A DNA stretch of 64,000 bases from Phoronis australis (lineage: Eukaryota; Animalia; Phoronida). The position numbers and the translations under genes are program-made. Positions 12,101 to 24,100 of the stretch are shown here, one piece after another (within the stretch, counting starts at the first letter, position 1; each line of letters starts with the position of its first letter). Location of the stretch: positions 1-64,000 of the forward strand of contig NMRA01000349.1 in NCBI GenBank assembly GCA_002633005.1. The letters are read 5' to 3'. The notes beneath the pieces were generated by a model. It was not told the DNA's origin, searched no databases, and saw nothing but the letters and a program-made list of their open reading frames with translations.

Positions 12101-15100
12101 TTTGGACAACACAAAACCTCTCGCCTTATCTTTTTGCTCCTTAAGTAGCCTCTTCATCTATCTTACTTTCTGTATAATGAAACAACAAATGTTTGTAAAA
12201 TTATAGTAACAACTATATACCTGTGGTTGATCCACCACTGGCTGTGTATTGATTGGGTTAACAGCTCTCCAGTCAATGAAAGGTGTTCCAGAGCTCGACT
12301 TCGGTACATTAACTCGCTGAAATGTCCACAAAAAATTGACAACAAAGGCATAGGTGTATAACTAGAAATGTAGTCAACTTGTGACCAGCACCGTGGATGC
12401 AGTGTCCCTGCTTCAAACAAAAACCTTAAACTCTGAAAAGAGAAGTAAAAATTTGTAGGTACTGTGGGCGCATTAATGTCACTGAAAAATCCTGTTACAA
12501 TAAATACGCTTCCCATAATAATTATATAAGTACAAGCAAAATGTTGAGCTCCAACTTAGCCAATGGCGTCACTATTTAATCAAATATCTGAGAATGAGAC
12601 TGCAGGTGCTCAGAATTTCCAGATGGTGGAGGAACTCCAGGAGCTCTGAAACGGTTGTGATCCATTGCAATAAACACTGTTCACAAGTTAATGCATTTTA
12701 GTGTACACATATATTTACATGTATTTACATGGAAGGAGATTTGGGGGTTTTGAAAGTCAGTTAACTACGTTATTTCTTGAGACCATTCAGTTATACCATT
12801 TGGCTGTCAGAACTTTGTAATTATCACTTCTCATCTGAATAAGGATCGAGCAAGTTCTGACCAACTTTGAACACGAAAGTGATGTTTTCTGCAAGCCCGA
12901 GCAATTTGTGTGATAAGCTACCATTAAAATTTGCCTGGTTATAGCTAATGATAAAATCTTACTAACTTATGATTATTTCAAAAATTCAATTTAGATCAAC
13001 AGCAGAAATTTGTGTTTCTTTATATAGATTAGAAAAATGAACACCAATACAAGAACAAGCCTATGATAGCTGCAAGATCTGAGCGTCGACTCTGGACATT
13101 GCATGAGGATTCCATATCCCATCTTAACATGAGCAGTTATTGCAGCACAAACTGAAGAGTGGTCTAAATTCGTCTAGCGCACATCAGTTTAGCTGGGTTT
13201 GGGCGAACAAAACCAATGCTTGTGTCAAACTAAAGCTATTTCATGTAACCAAATTACTGTACCCAGGAATTTGGCTATACCATGACAACATGGTGGTTAT
13301 TCATGGTTTCTCAGCAGCACCTGAGTTTGTATAGATGTGCGTTTGCCAAGTTTATGGCGAGCAGCTGCCAGATGTGCTGCTACCACAGAAAAGGCAATGA
13401 AATTTTTTGCTATTGATTTAACGTAATTGAGGTATTTCAACGTCAGAAATACTTTTCGCATGGGATTTGTGAATGCCATATTGACACCAAGTGGACATCA
13501 AGCAAGCCGGCCATTTCGGCAGAACTGAGGATTAATCGACCGATTTTTAATGTGAGTAAATTGATAATTCAGCATCAGAGAACCTTGTCAGTTGCAGTAG
13601 TTTCAACTAAGTCGAGCACAAGCAAATTTACCACATGTATTCCACCCTGGGCAATTGTCAAGTACACTAACATTATTCAACCTCACTCAGAAATACGTTG
13701 CTCAACATTAGCGTATTAGTTTTGAATAAGCTATAGAAGAACAGCAGACATTAAAATGGGATTAACGATTTTCTATTATTTACATCACTGATTGAAGTGT
13801 CCTGAGTAACTCTCCACCATGCACTAACCGTAGTCTAATTCGTGCCTGATAGACGTTCAAATGCAGGGTTCTTGTAGTAAATCAGGGACACTAATTTAGT
13901 ACATCAACCTGAGCCAAAGTGATTGCACCGGCCCATCAGTTTGGCGCATAATTATGCTTCAGTTCGGGTTGCAACACTAATTGACAGAACAGGGCTGCAT
14001 GTGTGAATTTTAAAGTAACTGCAGGGCTTGGCCGCTGCTGACCTGAGCAGAACCAGGTTTGCTGGACAAATCATTTTGAACCATTCTTGTTTCATGAGAC
14101 ATACATGTAAGAACAATAAGTCAGATACACTTTGACCACTCATATCATTGACCTAGCACCGCTTTCTCAAATAAACACAGCTAAGCAGATTTTACGTGTG
14201 GCTTTTGGTGAACAACGTAAAAACCATAAGACAATTTTCACGAACTGTCTTAGTACCTGTTCTCTGTCAGATGACTCAGTTCCTGGTGTGATCTGTGACT
14301 TCATGGAGGAACCGCGTGCCGAGTCTTTACCATGTTTTGGTGAATTGGGAGCTTCTTGTCTGCAGAGATCAGTAAGCCATCACAGTATATGGGTAGCTAG
14401 CATATCTTTTGTGCCTGTATCTATGTGCCCAGGTTTTATGGGTGCCAGGACATTATAAATTGCATCCTGGTTTTATGAATGCATCCCTAAGGAACCAGAT
14501 GCACATAAAACCCCGGACACACCAAGCTCCTTATACGAACAACTTCATTTAGGACACATAGAACGCAATAAATTAGGATGACACCAAGACTCACTAGTAC
14601 TCATGTGCCTATATTGTTTTAAAAATCTTCATTCAAGACGTTTTGCATGTAGGCAAATGAGCTTAAGCTTAACTGTCATTCCGCATGCATTTTTATCAGT
14701 CTTAAAATGACCGCAAGATAATAGCTTGCACCTTTGGCAAAATGTCTTCGGTTGTGGAGCGGAAACAGTTAATTCAACTCCAAGTGAATATTCCAACTTT
14801 ACCAACTAATACCTTCAGCAACCGCCATTTCGCTTGGATGGGCTAGTAATATGCACCATTAAATCGCACTCCCGAAACACTGCTTTCACTCCGCATGCTT
14901 GTGCGAGGTTTTTCTGTTGACGCAAGACACTACATGCAGGTCAGAATGATGCTCTCGTGGATACTTTGAGTGTTTTTTCTAAGGTTATGTTATAACTATT
15001 TAACATGAAAATATTTATTGTAATCGAGTCAACATCCGCTGTCATATGACGGATAGCCAAACTTGAACTTTCACATGTTATCTTAGACACGTGTTACTCA

Positions 15101-18100
15101 GGCAAGCAGTTTGCTTAAATGTGCACATGCTTCTAAGAATCAGCGGATATAAGCGCATCTTTACCTAAAGGGGCATGGGTCTAAATACAAAACAAACAAT
15201 TATTATAGAAATAATATACTTGCCTCTTTGTTTTAAAGTGTCTGGTCGCTCGAGGTATTACATTTTTTGAAATTTCTGCTACAACAGACAAGTCCTCTGA
15301 TCCTGCTCTTGAGCCAAGTACATTGTTACACCCTTGGACACCTAACCATGTTGTAAGAACTGACGATAATTTCCCGCTGTAGGCATCGCTGCAGAGCTGC
15401 TTTAACCCTTCCTGGGAAGAAGCCTTGAGGTGACATTTAACAAAAGACCCATCATCCTCTGATTCAACAACCTCACATCTTTCCAAAGAGATGGTGTTAT
15501 AATTCTCATGGAGAAAGGTATTGATTAGTGTGCGATTCCTTTCAAGGAATTTTAAGAACTTTTCAAGAACATCAGGCGTCTCCTCTAACTCAAGCTCTCC
15601 TCCAAACTTTTTGCAAACATTTAAGCCCAGTTTCAATGGAAAAGCTGAAAATAAAGAAAGCCATGTTTCATTACCCTTTCTGGAAATCATTAACAATTAA
15701 GCCAATAAAATGGCTATTAGATGACGAAGAGTCAACGTCCCCAAAAAAAAAATTATGAAAAGAAAGTCAAATTAATTATGAAGGAGAAATGCAGTGAGTG
15801 ATACTCCAGTGAGAATTTGAAGAAGTCAGTGGGTGGTCAGTGAGAATTACATGCGCGTACCCAGGGGGGCTCGGGGGGGTTCGAACGAGCGCCCCCATTT
15901 GACGAAGTGGGCAGAAGACGAGACAAAAGTCCACTAAAAAAACGCAGACGTAGGGTTCTGAAGATCAGGCACCCCGTTTTTTTTAGTCTTCCCAACAATA
16001 TTTTGTCAGCAAAAGGTCCATATCGACAGAAATTCGAGCCCCCCCATTTTCAAGGCTGGGTGCGCGCATGGAATTTAAGATAAACAAGCAACGCCGAGCA
16101 TTGAAATGCACTGCAAACAGTGTGTTTCTACGGGTACATGTTAATTTGGAACATAAAAATGGCCACAAAATGGCACAACCTACATCGAACCCATTCAGAA
16201 AGTGGTATGTGTAATCAAAGCTTTCAACAGATTTCAAAAAATCCATCAAGGAACTTCTGAGAAATCGAGGAAAACGAAAAAATGCAATTCCACAAGCATA
16301 TTGGCGCAAAAAACATAACTGCCACAAAGAGGTGCCACAAATGGTGTGCTTTTAGGGTTATTTATTTGTATCATAAAAATGGCAACGAGATGACACAAAA
16401 ACGTACAATCCATCCAAAAAACATGCCATTTTTCATAAAAATCTGTCAACGAACTACAGAGTCAAAAAGGAAAACAAGAAAATGAAATTGCCACTTGTGG
16501 GCATGGCATCTGTTCGATATGCCTGAAAATCGTCGTCTAGCTGTAATCTTCATATAAATTCACAACTAAATTTAATAAAATATCCAGCAGGGGGTTTTGG
16601 AGATACATGTATGAGTGCAAAACAAAAAACTACCACTAAGTGGTACCACAGTAGTCAGTCGCAATCATCAAATGTCCTGACTTCACACTGAAAACATATA
16701 CACCAATTTTCGGAAACATCCCTAGTATCACTGGTTGATCGAGGAGTGGACGCCAAAAACAAGATTGGAAAACAGCAAAAATGGCCGCCAGGTGGCCCAA
16801 AATACCTTGATTCCATCCAAAAACAGAATGATAGCGTCATCTCACCAATATATACCTATATTCAAAATTTTATGAAAATCTGTTGAGGACCATTGAAGAT
16901 ACAGACTCTGGTAAACATAAAAAACTAAAATTGCCACTAGTCCAGTAATCAGATCGGTCCGAAAGTCATCGTTCTCCTTAATGAATATCCCATCATTACG
17001 GCTTAGTAAATTTTGTAAAGATCTTGCGAACGGCTAAGGAGATACAGCTATAGGCACAAAACAAAAAAACTGCCACTAGGAGACACCAGTCGAAGTCGTC
17101 GGAAAATCACCGACGTCAACCATCCGCCTCTTAGTAAGATCATACATGCCAATTTTCACAATCATCCTTTGAGCCGTTTCGTTGATAGAGAGGTGGACGC
17201 AAAAAAGAGACTCGAAAACAGTAAAAGTAACCACTAGGTGGCGCAAACTTAAAAAACTAAAACTGCCGCTAGGGTGCACAGTGGTAGTCGGATCCCTCCC
17301 AAAGTTCACTCATCCCGTCCCATCCACAGAAGGAACACGTGCGTTTTGGAGATAGAGCAGCGGACGCTGGATGGACGGAGACGACGGCATTTAAAGAGGA
17401 AATTGCAAGGTCCAAACCAATCTGAACAACTGTCAGAATATAGTCTGACAGTATTATTAGCTGTATTGTTTTGTTTTGTTATTCAGTTTGATTTGCATAA
17501 CCCCTGAGTTAAGTACAATGATGATGTAATTTGTTTACTACAGAATAGTATGGAACTTTCTAGAAGACTGAGGTCAGAACAGTGATGATGTAAGTTGTTT
17601 ACTACAGTATAGTGTGGGACTTTCTAGAAGACTGTACCATGACAGTGATTGATGAAGTCTGGAATATTCTAGAGACTAGTACATGTTTGTAGAATGATTG
17701 GGTAGGTTCCAGAAAGTTCTGGTATGTGCTTGAATTCATGAAAAGTTCCAGAACAATGCATTAGGCTATAAATACACAAGCACGGGTTTGTGTTAGTCAG
17801 ATTAAGCGAGTTGAGTCCAAGAAGATCAAGTCGGGAGATCAAGTGAGATCAAGTAAGTTCAAGTAAGTTAATCAGAACTACAGTTGAGTTGCAGTTGAAG
17901 AGAATCAGCAGTTACAGCGATAGTCAATAGAGAGCCAGCTATAGAGACAGCAGGTTATTGAATCGAGTGTAACAGTTGCTGGAAGTATCTCAGATGTTCA
18001 ATACAAGTCAAGGCTTCGCAGCACTGGCTGGAGCATAAACAGACATTACGTCGGACGTTTTATTTGAGTAGGCTTGTGAACGTACGGTCGGGATTAATAA

Positions 18101-21100
18101 AGGATTAACTCGAACCAGTCTTCAGTCAATCTTCGCACCGAAAGCTATTAGCACCGGTCTGTAACAACCTGCGCCCACCCACACACGGGGAAAAACGTGA
18201 CAACAACAATATGGTCTAAATTCTAGTTTATAATTATCATTGCTATATTCTTAACATTAACTGAATGGTACGCCGCTATACAAAGTTATTTACATATTTA
18301 GTGCCGTGGTGTTGTGACGCCATCGTTGTAACGGAGAATAGAAACGGCGCCATTTTCGTTTGTTACACATCTGTGACGTGGTGTTGGGGAACACAAAGGA
18401 AGCAATGTGTGTCCAAGTGAGTACAGCAGCGTAGATGAGGAATACTTTGAACGATACAGGGACGGACTGGTGGACTTTTAAGATGATTCCGACCTTTCGG
18501 ACGTGAAGGTGGAGGTGACAGATCCCAGAGGAACAATATGTGTTCACAGCTTTTCTGGAGTGGAGCCGTTTTCCCTCAATCCCTTTCACGGCCCTTTCTC
18601 TGGTCGCCGAAGACTCACTCCCAGCGGGTTCGTCCTGTGAACGTCAACAGGCTGAAGGTGCGCAGGAGTTGCGATTAGATGTTAGTGATTGGTAAGAATA
18701 TTATCAATATGTATCCTACAACCGCGAATTATAACTTGGTGTTTTTTAATTCAAAAGTAGGTGCTTTACCAGTCAGTCCCAGGCGCCCATATCCCTATTG
18801 GTGAATCGTGTTTCAGCCGTGGATAAATACCAGTTTCAGTGATAAAACTGGGATTTTTTTGCATTATAGCAAATCACTCAAAAAGTGTTAGGTCTCTGAT
18901 TATTTGTAGACAGTGTGGCTGAGTGGTTTGAGCACTGGCATGCAATTGAGCATTGAACAAAATTGTCTCTTACTTCTCCGACACTGAGCGGGGAGTTACT
19001 AGTGAGTGAATAAATGTATGCAAGGGAATGAATGAGAACCACTTTGGAATAATCGACTGTGAATTTGAAAAGAAGAGGATAAAAGAATTGCAATTTTGTA
19101 ATTTAGACTTTCTCACCTTGTTGCTGGGGGAGGGCATAATTCTATAGGTTATAGAACAAGTCATTTCATTTTCGTACTCAAGTCAACTCGGACCTATATC
19201 AATCTACACATGTGTTCCAAAACAGTTTTATTTTGTAAGGCGATGCTTGAAATGGAAACAACCATTTCATGTCGATGTACATTGACCCAACTACCTTTGT
19301 CTTAGGGTCAGCTAAAAAACCAAACAACTAATGTCCATTACTATATCCTCCGGACATGATCTGCCACTGCCTTTGGTGTAGCACTATTCATTTGTATGAA
19401 AAGTAAATATCTTTACTATATATGATCAATTTGTACAAAAAATAAATAGGTTGTGATGTTCCAACCAATTTTCCTGAAAATTGAAGTCGTATGCAGACCC
19501 CTCAATTTGGTAGAGGCACTCTTGGTAAATTTTTCAATTCGAAATTTTGATGTTTACTGAAATAATGTATTATTGTTGACACATATTGCAGGTGCACCTG
19601 GGGCAACTGTCAGACAACCTCAGTTGTTGAAGAAAGAGTGTTGCCAAGAGGTTGACAAGGTTGTTGCAAAACTTGATGAAGAAATGAAGCGTGACAACTA
19701 ACACAGAAGAAAAAATGTATTGTGGAGCATGGGGGTTTAAACCTGCATACATCAACCGTGGTGTTTTGGAGACTGCATGGTTGCAGTACAAAAGCCAATA
19801 TCCTGATGGCTATGACAGACCCTTGGATAAAAGGATTTGACACGTGGCCTACAGATAGTTCCAAAGATGGGTACACGGTCACTTAGGACGAACAGTCCGT
19901 GTTGTCATTCCAGCATGCGCAGTAGCCTGCATCAGAGAATTCTACCCTCCGCCAGGAAATGAGGAAAACTTTGAGTTCCAAGGATTTTCTTAAAAGTTTC
20001 ACTCATTTATAGATATCAACAGTTGTCTTAGCCCTGGAATACCAACTCCTCCACATGACCTATGTATTCTGTTATAAAAACTTGTGACTCGGAGACTAGT
20101 TTTATGTAATTCAAACGAGTTGCAAAAAGTTGTGACAAATTCCATAGAAAGATCAAACATCGTAATAAACGAATGCAATCGAAGTGCAACCTCAGCGGCA
20201 TGAAATTGAAGTAGGCACTCCATGAATAGACTTCTGTGGTTTCAGAATGGTAAATAATTAACACAGGGAGCACCATTTATTGATGCTCATCAATCTAGTT
20301 ACTTGTAATAACGTGGTCATGACAAGTGTAATTTAACTAGGACTACATTATAAACCTCTAAACTCAACATCAGTTAAACTTATGGTTTACCTAGGTAAAC
20401 AGAGGAATTTGTCTCATTGTAGCCCAGTTTGTGTGCTTTAAGCGAACACATTGAACAGTATGGCTGTTACATAAAAAATTAAAAGTTTTGAATCTGGGCG
20501 ATAGTCTGAAGTCGAGACTGAATCTTCTGCCCTCTTCTCATACAGTAGAACCCTCTAAATTGGTAGCGCTTCAGTGGGAACTTTAGAAAGGTTAGCATTA
20601 ATTCCGCAGTAACGCCTCCAAATAACTCTAACTTTGATGAAATATCTCAGTCTCACTGGATACAACTTAGCGAGTTCTACTGTAATTCAATGAGAAATCA
20701 AATAACACGACACAGCAACCACTGAACCTCAACCCAAAAGCTCCAATATGCAATAGCTTTAGGTGTCTATGACATGGTGTGAAAACACAAAAAGTATGCA
20801 CATGAGTAGGAATTGGGAAATCTGGAGGGAGTGCTTATACCACTCACTCAAAAATTCCCAAGACAATGTTCGAATTCTGTGCAAGTGATTATTCTGTGTA
20901 AAATTTAGATGAGATTGTCGCACGAAAAGACTGACGACCCAAACAAGTACCTTTTCACCCCCACTTATAGTCCAGTCATTCTAGGGCTCCAGAAGGCCCA
21001 ACCTAGAAAAAATTGCAACAGAAGGTTTTTTTGCATAAATAGCTTCTTCAAACATCCCTTGGTGTCAGAAAAAAATCTACCGAAATCGGAGTGGCGGAAG

Positions 21101-24100
21101 TCGGTTTTTCAAGACGGCGGAAAAAATGGCCGACAAAACCGGTAATTACTGTTTTCTGGCATATTACTCTTATGAAACAGCTAAAAATAAAACAATCAAG
21201 TTTGTCATTGATTATATACTTTCATAACAGCCATACCAATCAAAAGATGCCAATTTTCCGTAAAATAAAACCAATATGGCCGACAAAATGGCGGACGAAA
21301 GGGCAATTTGGTACATCTTGCAAGATTTCGTTTTATATTTTGCCCTGAAAATGGCAAGTTTTATTCTTTTGTAAGTTAGACAATTTAAAATATCTGGACC
21401 TTACAATTGGTTTGCGAGAAAAAAATCAAGATGGCGGACAAAATGGCCGACAAAATGGTTGCCAATTCACAAACCCCAATTTACCGCATTTACGTTCTGC
21501 AAACTTTGTTTGTAACCTGATACGCACAAAAACATTTTACAATCAGGGTTAATGAGTTGAATGTTTCTATAACTTTTTTAAGATTTATAAACTAAATGTG
21601 GAATTTTAATCACATTTTAGATTACATAACATAGAAGTTGGTGTGTTTTTCAGAAAAGGCTTTAGTTAAATTTTCATTATAAATGTCACAGACTCAATTA
21701 TTTTTCTGTAAAATATATTCATTTGAGGTATCAAAAATAATATTTGGTAGAAAAATATGTTATTCTGGTGGAGTTATTGGCTTATTCATTATACAAACCC
21801 TTAATAAAATTGGGCAGGAAGTGGCTTTTTCTCTGCTATTGGAGATATTATTAGTTGTTCTCAAGCATCGATTTCGTCTGCTGCTGGCATGTATTGAGAA
21901 TTGGCTGCTGATTTCACCTGAATTTGATGTAAAGCAAATAGGATTGTGTAACAAAAAGTTATTAATTAAATTTTAATAGGTAGGACCCACAATCTGTTTA
22001 ATATGCATGCTTTTTATGAACATAGGCAACTGATTTTAGAGGAAATTAGTGCCTGCAAACAAAACGATAGTGATCTGCAGTCACTTGTTCTTAGCCAGGC
22101 TTGGAAGATTTCATACTGAGATGAGCTTTCTGGAATATATTGGATACGTAATGTCAAGCACAGGGCTTCAAGAAGTTCTTGAGACGTTGTATTCATCAAA
22201 CAGTGTGATCCTTATGTTAAATGGAAAAAGTGTGGATAGAGCAGTGAGGGGGCATATGTTGGTAGACTCAGCACTGAATGCTATCATAAAAGCCAGAACA
22301 TTCACTTCCAAATATTGACAGATCAAGTAACGCCAATCCAAAACCTATGAAGAAAGAAATTCAGGTTCTTCAGAAATTCCAGGAGTCCGGAATGTCACCA
22401 ATACAGAACACACAGATTACATGCCAAGAGGTGGAGCAGTTCAATGCTTGTACACAAATTTTGGCTCGTCAGAATATGGAGACAGATTTTCTTCAGACAT
22501 CTCAGACATCCCAACTGATCACATAACTAGATGTATACTATGGGGCATGCCCAGCCAGTGTCTTCCGATTTTGAACCTTGGATTACAGTGGAATGCCCTC
22601 ACGAGAGTTCACTTCTGGTTTCCGACCTACTGCCATTGGTACATTCAAAAACGACTGAATCAGAGTATAGGTCTTCAGAATTCACAGTGACAGAGAATAG
22701 TTCGTCAGAAGAATCAATGGCCAATGATATTCTTCATGATGATGTGAGAGCTGGTCTGAAGCGGTATGATGATCTTATTGCTGACATGACGTCTGTGTGC
22801 GACGATGTATGCTCGTCGGAGTGTCTTGTGGGTATCCATAAAAAATCAAAGCACATAAATCAGACTTGTCCATGCAAAGTCCAATCATTAGTCTTTGACT
22901 ACAGTATATGAAGATGATTGACATCCTTCGACTTTTTTAAAAGCAGAAATAACGTCAGATTGGGAGCTTCACCTAAAAGTAGTTTTTGAAATGCTGCCTT
23001 ACTTTGCAGCTGCTGGTCACAACTCTTATGCAAAATCTTCATACATATACTTGACTGAAGCAGACGTAGCAACTCAGATACACCCATCCAGACGTCTACG
23101 GCTAACAAACCGTAAGACAAAGTGACAGATTCTCGGCAGGCTTGTCATAATGAGATAAGACCTTGTAATTGAACAAATGCTCATGAAAAGCATTAAAACA
23201 ACATGAGGTTTAACTTGAGGTTGCGAAATGGGAGATACACAGAGTGCACTGTGGCTGCTCTCCTTGTAGTCATGCTCAAATATAAATGGTGCCATGCAGA
23301 CTGTGACAAACTTAAGTTGTGAAACAAGTTAGCAGCATAAAGAATGTACCCAGGCAAGACAGTCGCGTGACGACAAAGACATCCGCAGCATTGTTGAATT
23401 CATGCTGCTAATAGTAATTTTACACAAGTGGATCCACGACTGCTATTTCAGCGAATCCTGACAGCTGCAAAAGACAACAGTGAAAGTTCGTCAAGCCTTT
23501 TGAAGTTTGAGCTGTGTGTTGGTTCCCCTGTTCTTTTTGATACATTTGGTCTTCCCAGAGTCGCTAATAAATCAATATGATGCACTCTGTTCCAGTGGAG
23601 GACTACCTGAGGATTTCAATTTCCAGAAAACACGGTGATGCATGTAATCTACGGCGGTTNTTACAACTAACTGGAAGTGACACAGACAGTGTGGATAGTA
23701 GATCACTGAATTAATTGCAGAGAGTTATTTTCAATACAACATATTTTTTCAGGAGGAGAATGATCCTTCAGTTCAGGCAAACCAGATGTTTTTGACCCAA
23801 ATAAGTTATTCGTTAAACCATTTTGAAAATGGTAGTCGTAATCATCAAGAGCCAGACAAAAATATTGTAATGGATGTGCTGACTTAAAAAACTCAAGATA
23901 TGGCGTGTCTCTGGAATCTGAAGTTCTTACACAAAGCAACTATTTGGTGGCCATCTTAGAAAAAGGTGGAAGTAATCATTAGAGCCAAACGCAATGAGTC
24001 TAAATGGATAACGACCCAGAAAACCTATGATACTTGAAGCAAGACGACACACTAATCTGTTTGTGCGAAGTTGTGCGATTCAAAATAGTTTTGAAGGCCA

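Noticed and set aside
19592-19995. P2X purinoceptor 7 gene
   Set aside because: Similarity is limited to the Cys-rich tail-like domain of Kolobok KolX; there is no channel domain and the sequence lies within a transposon.
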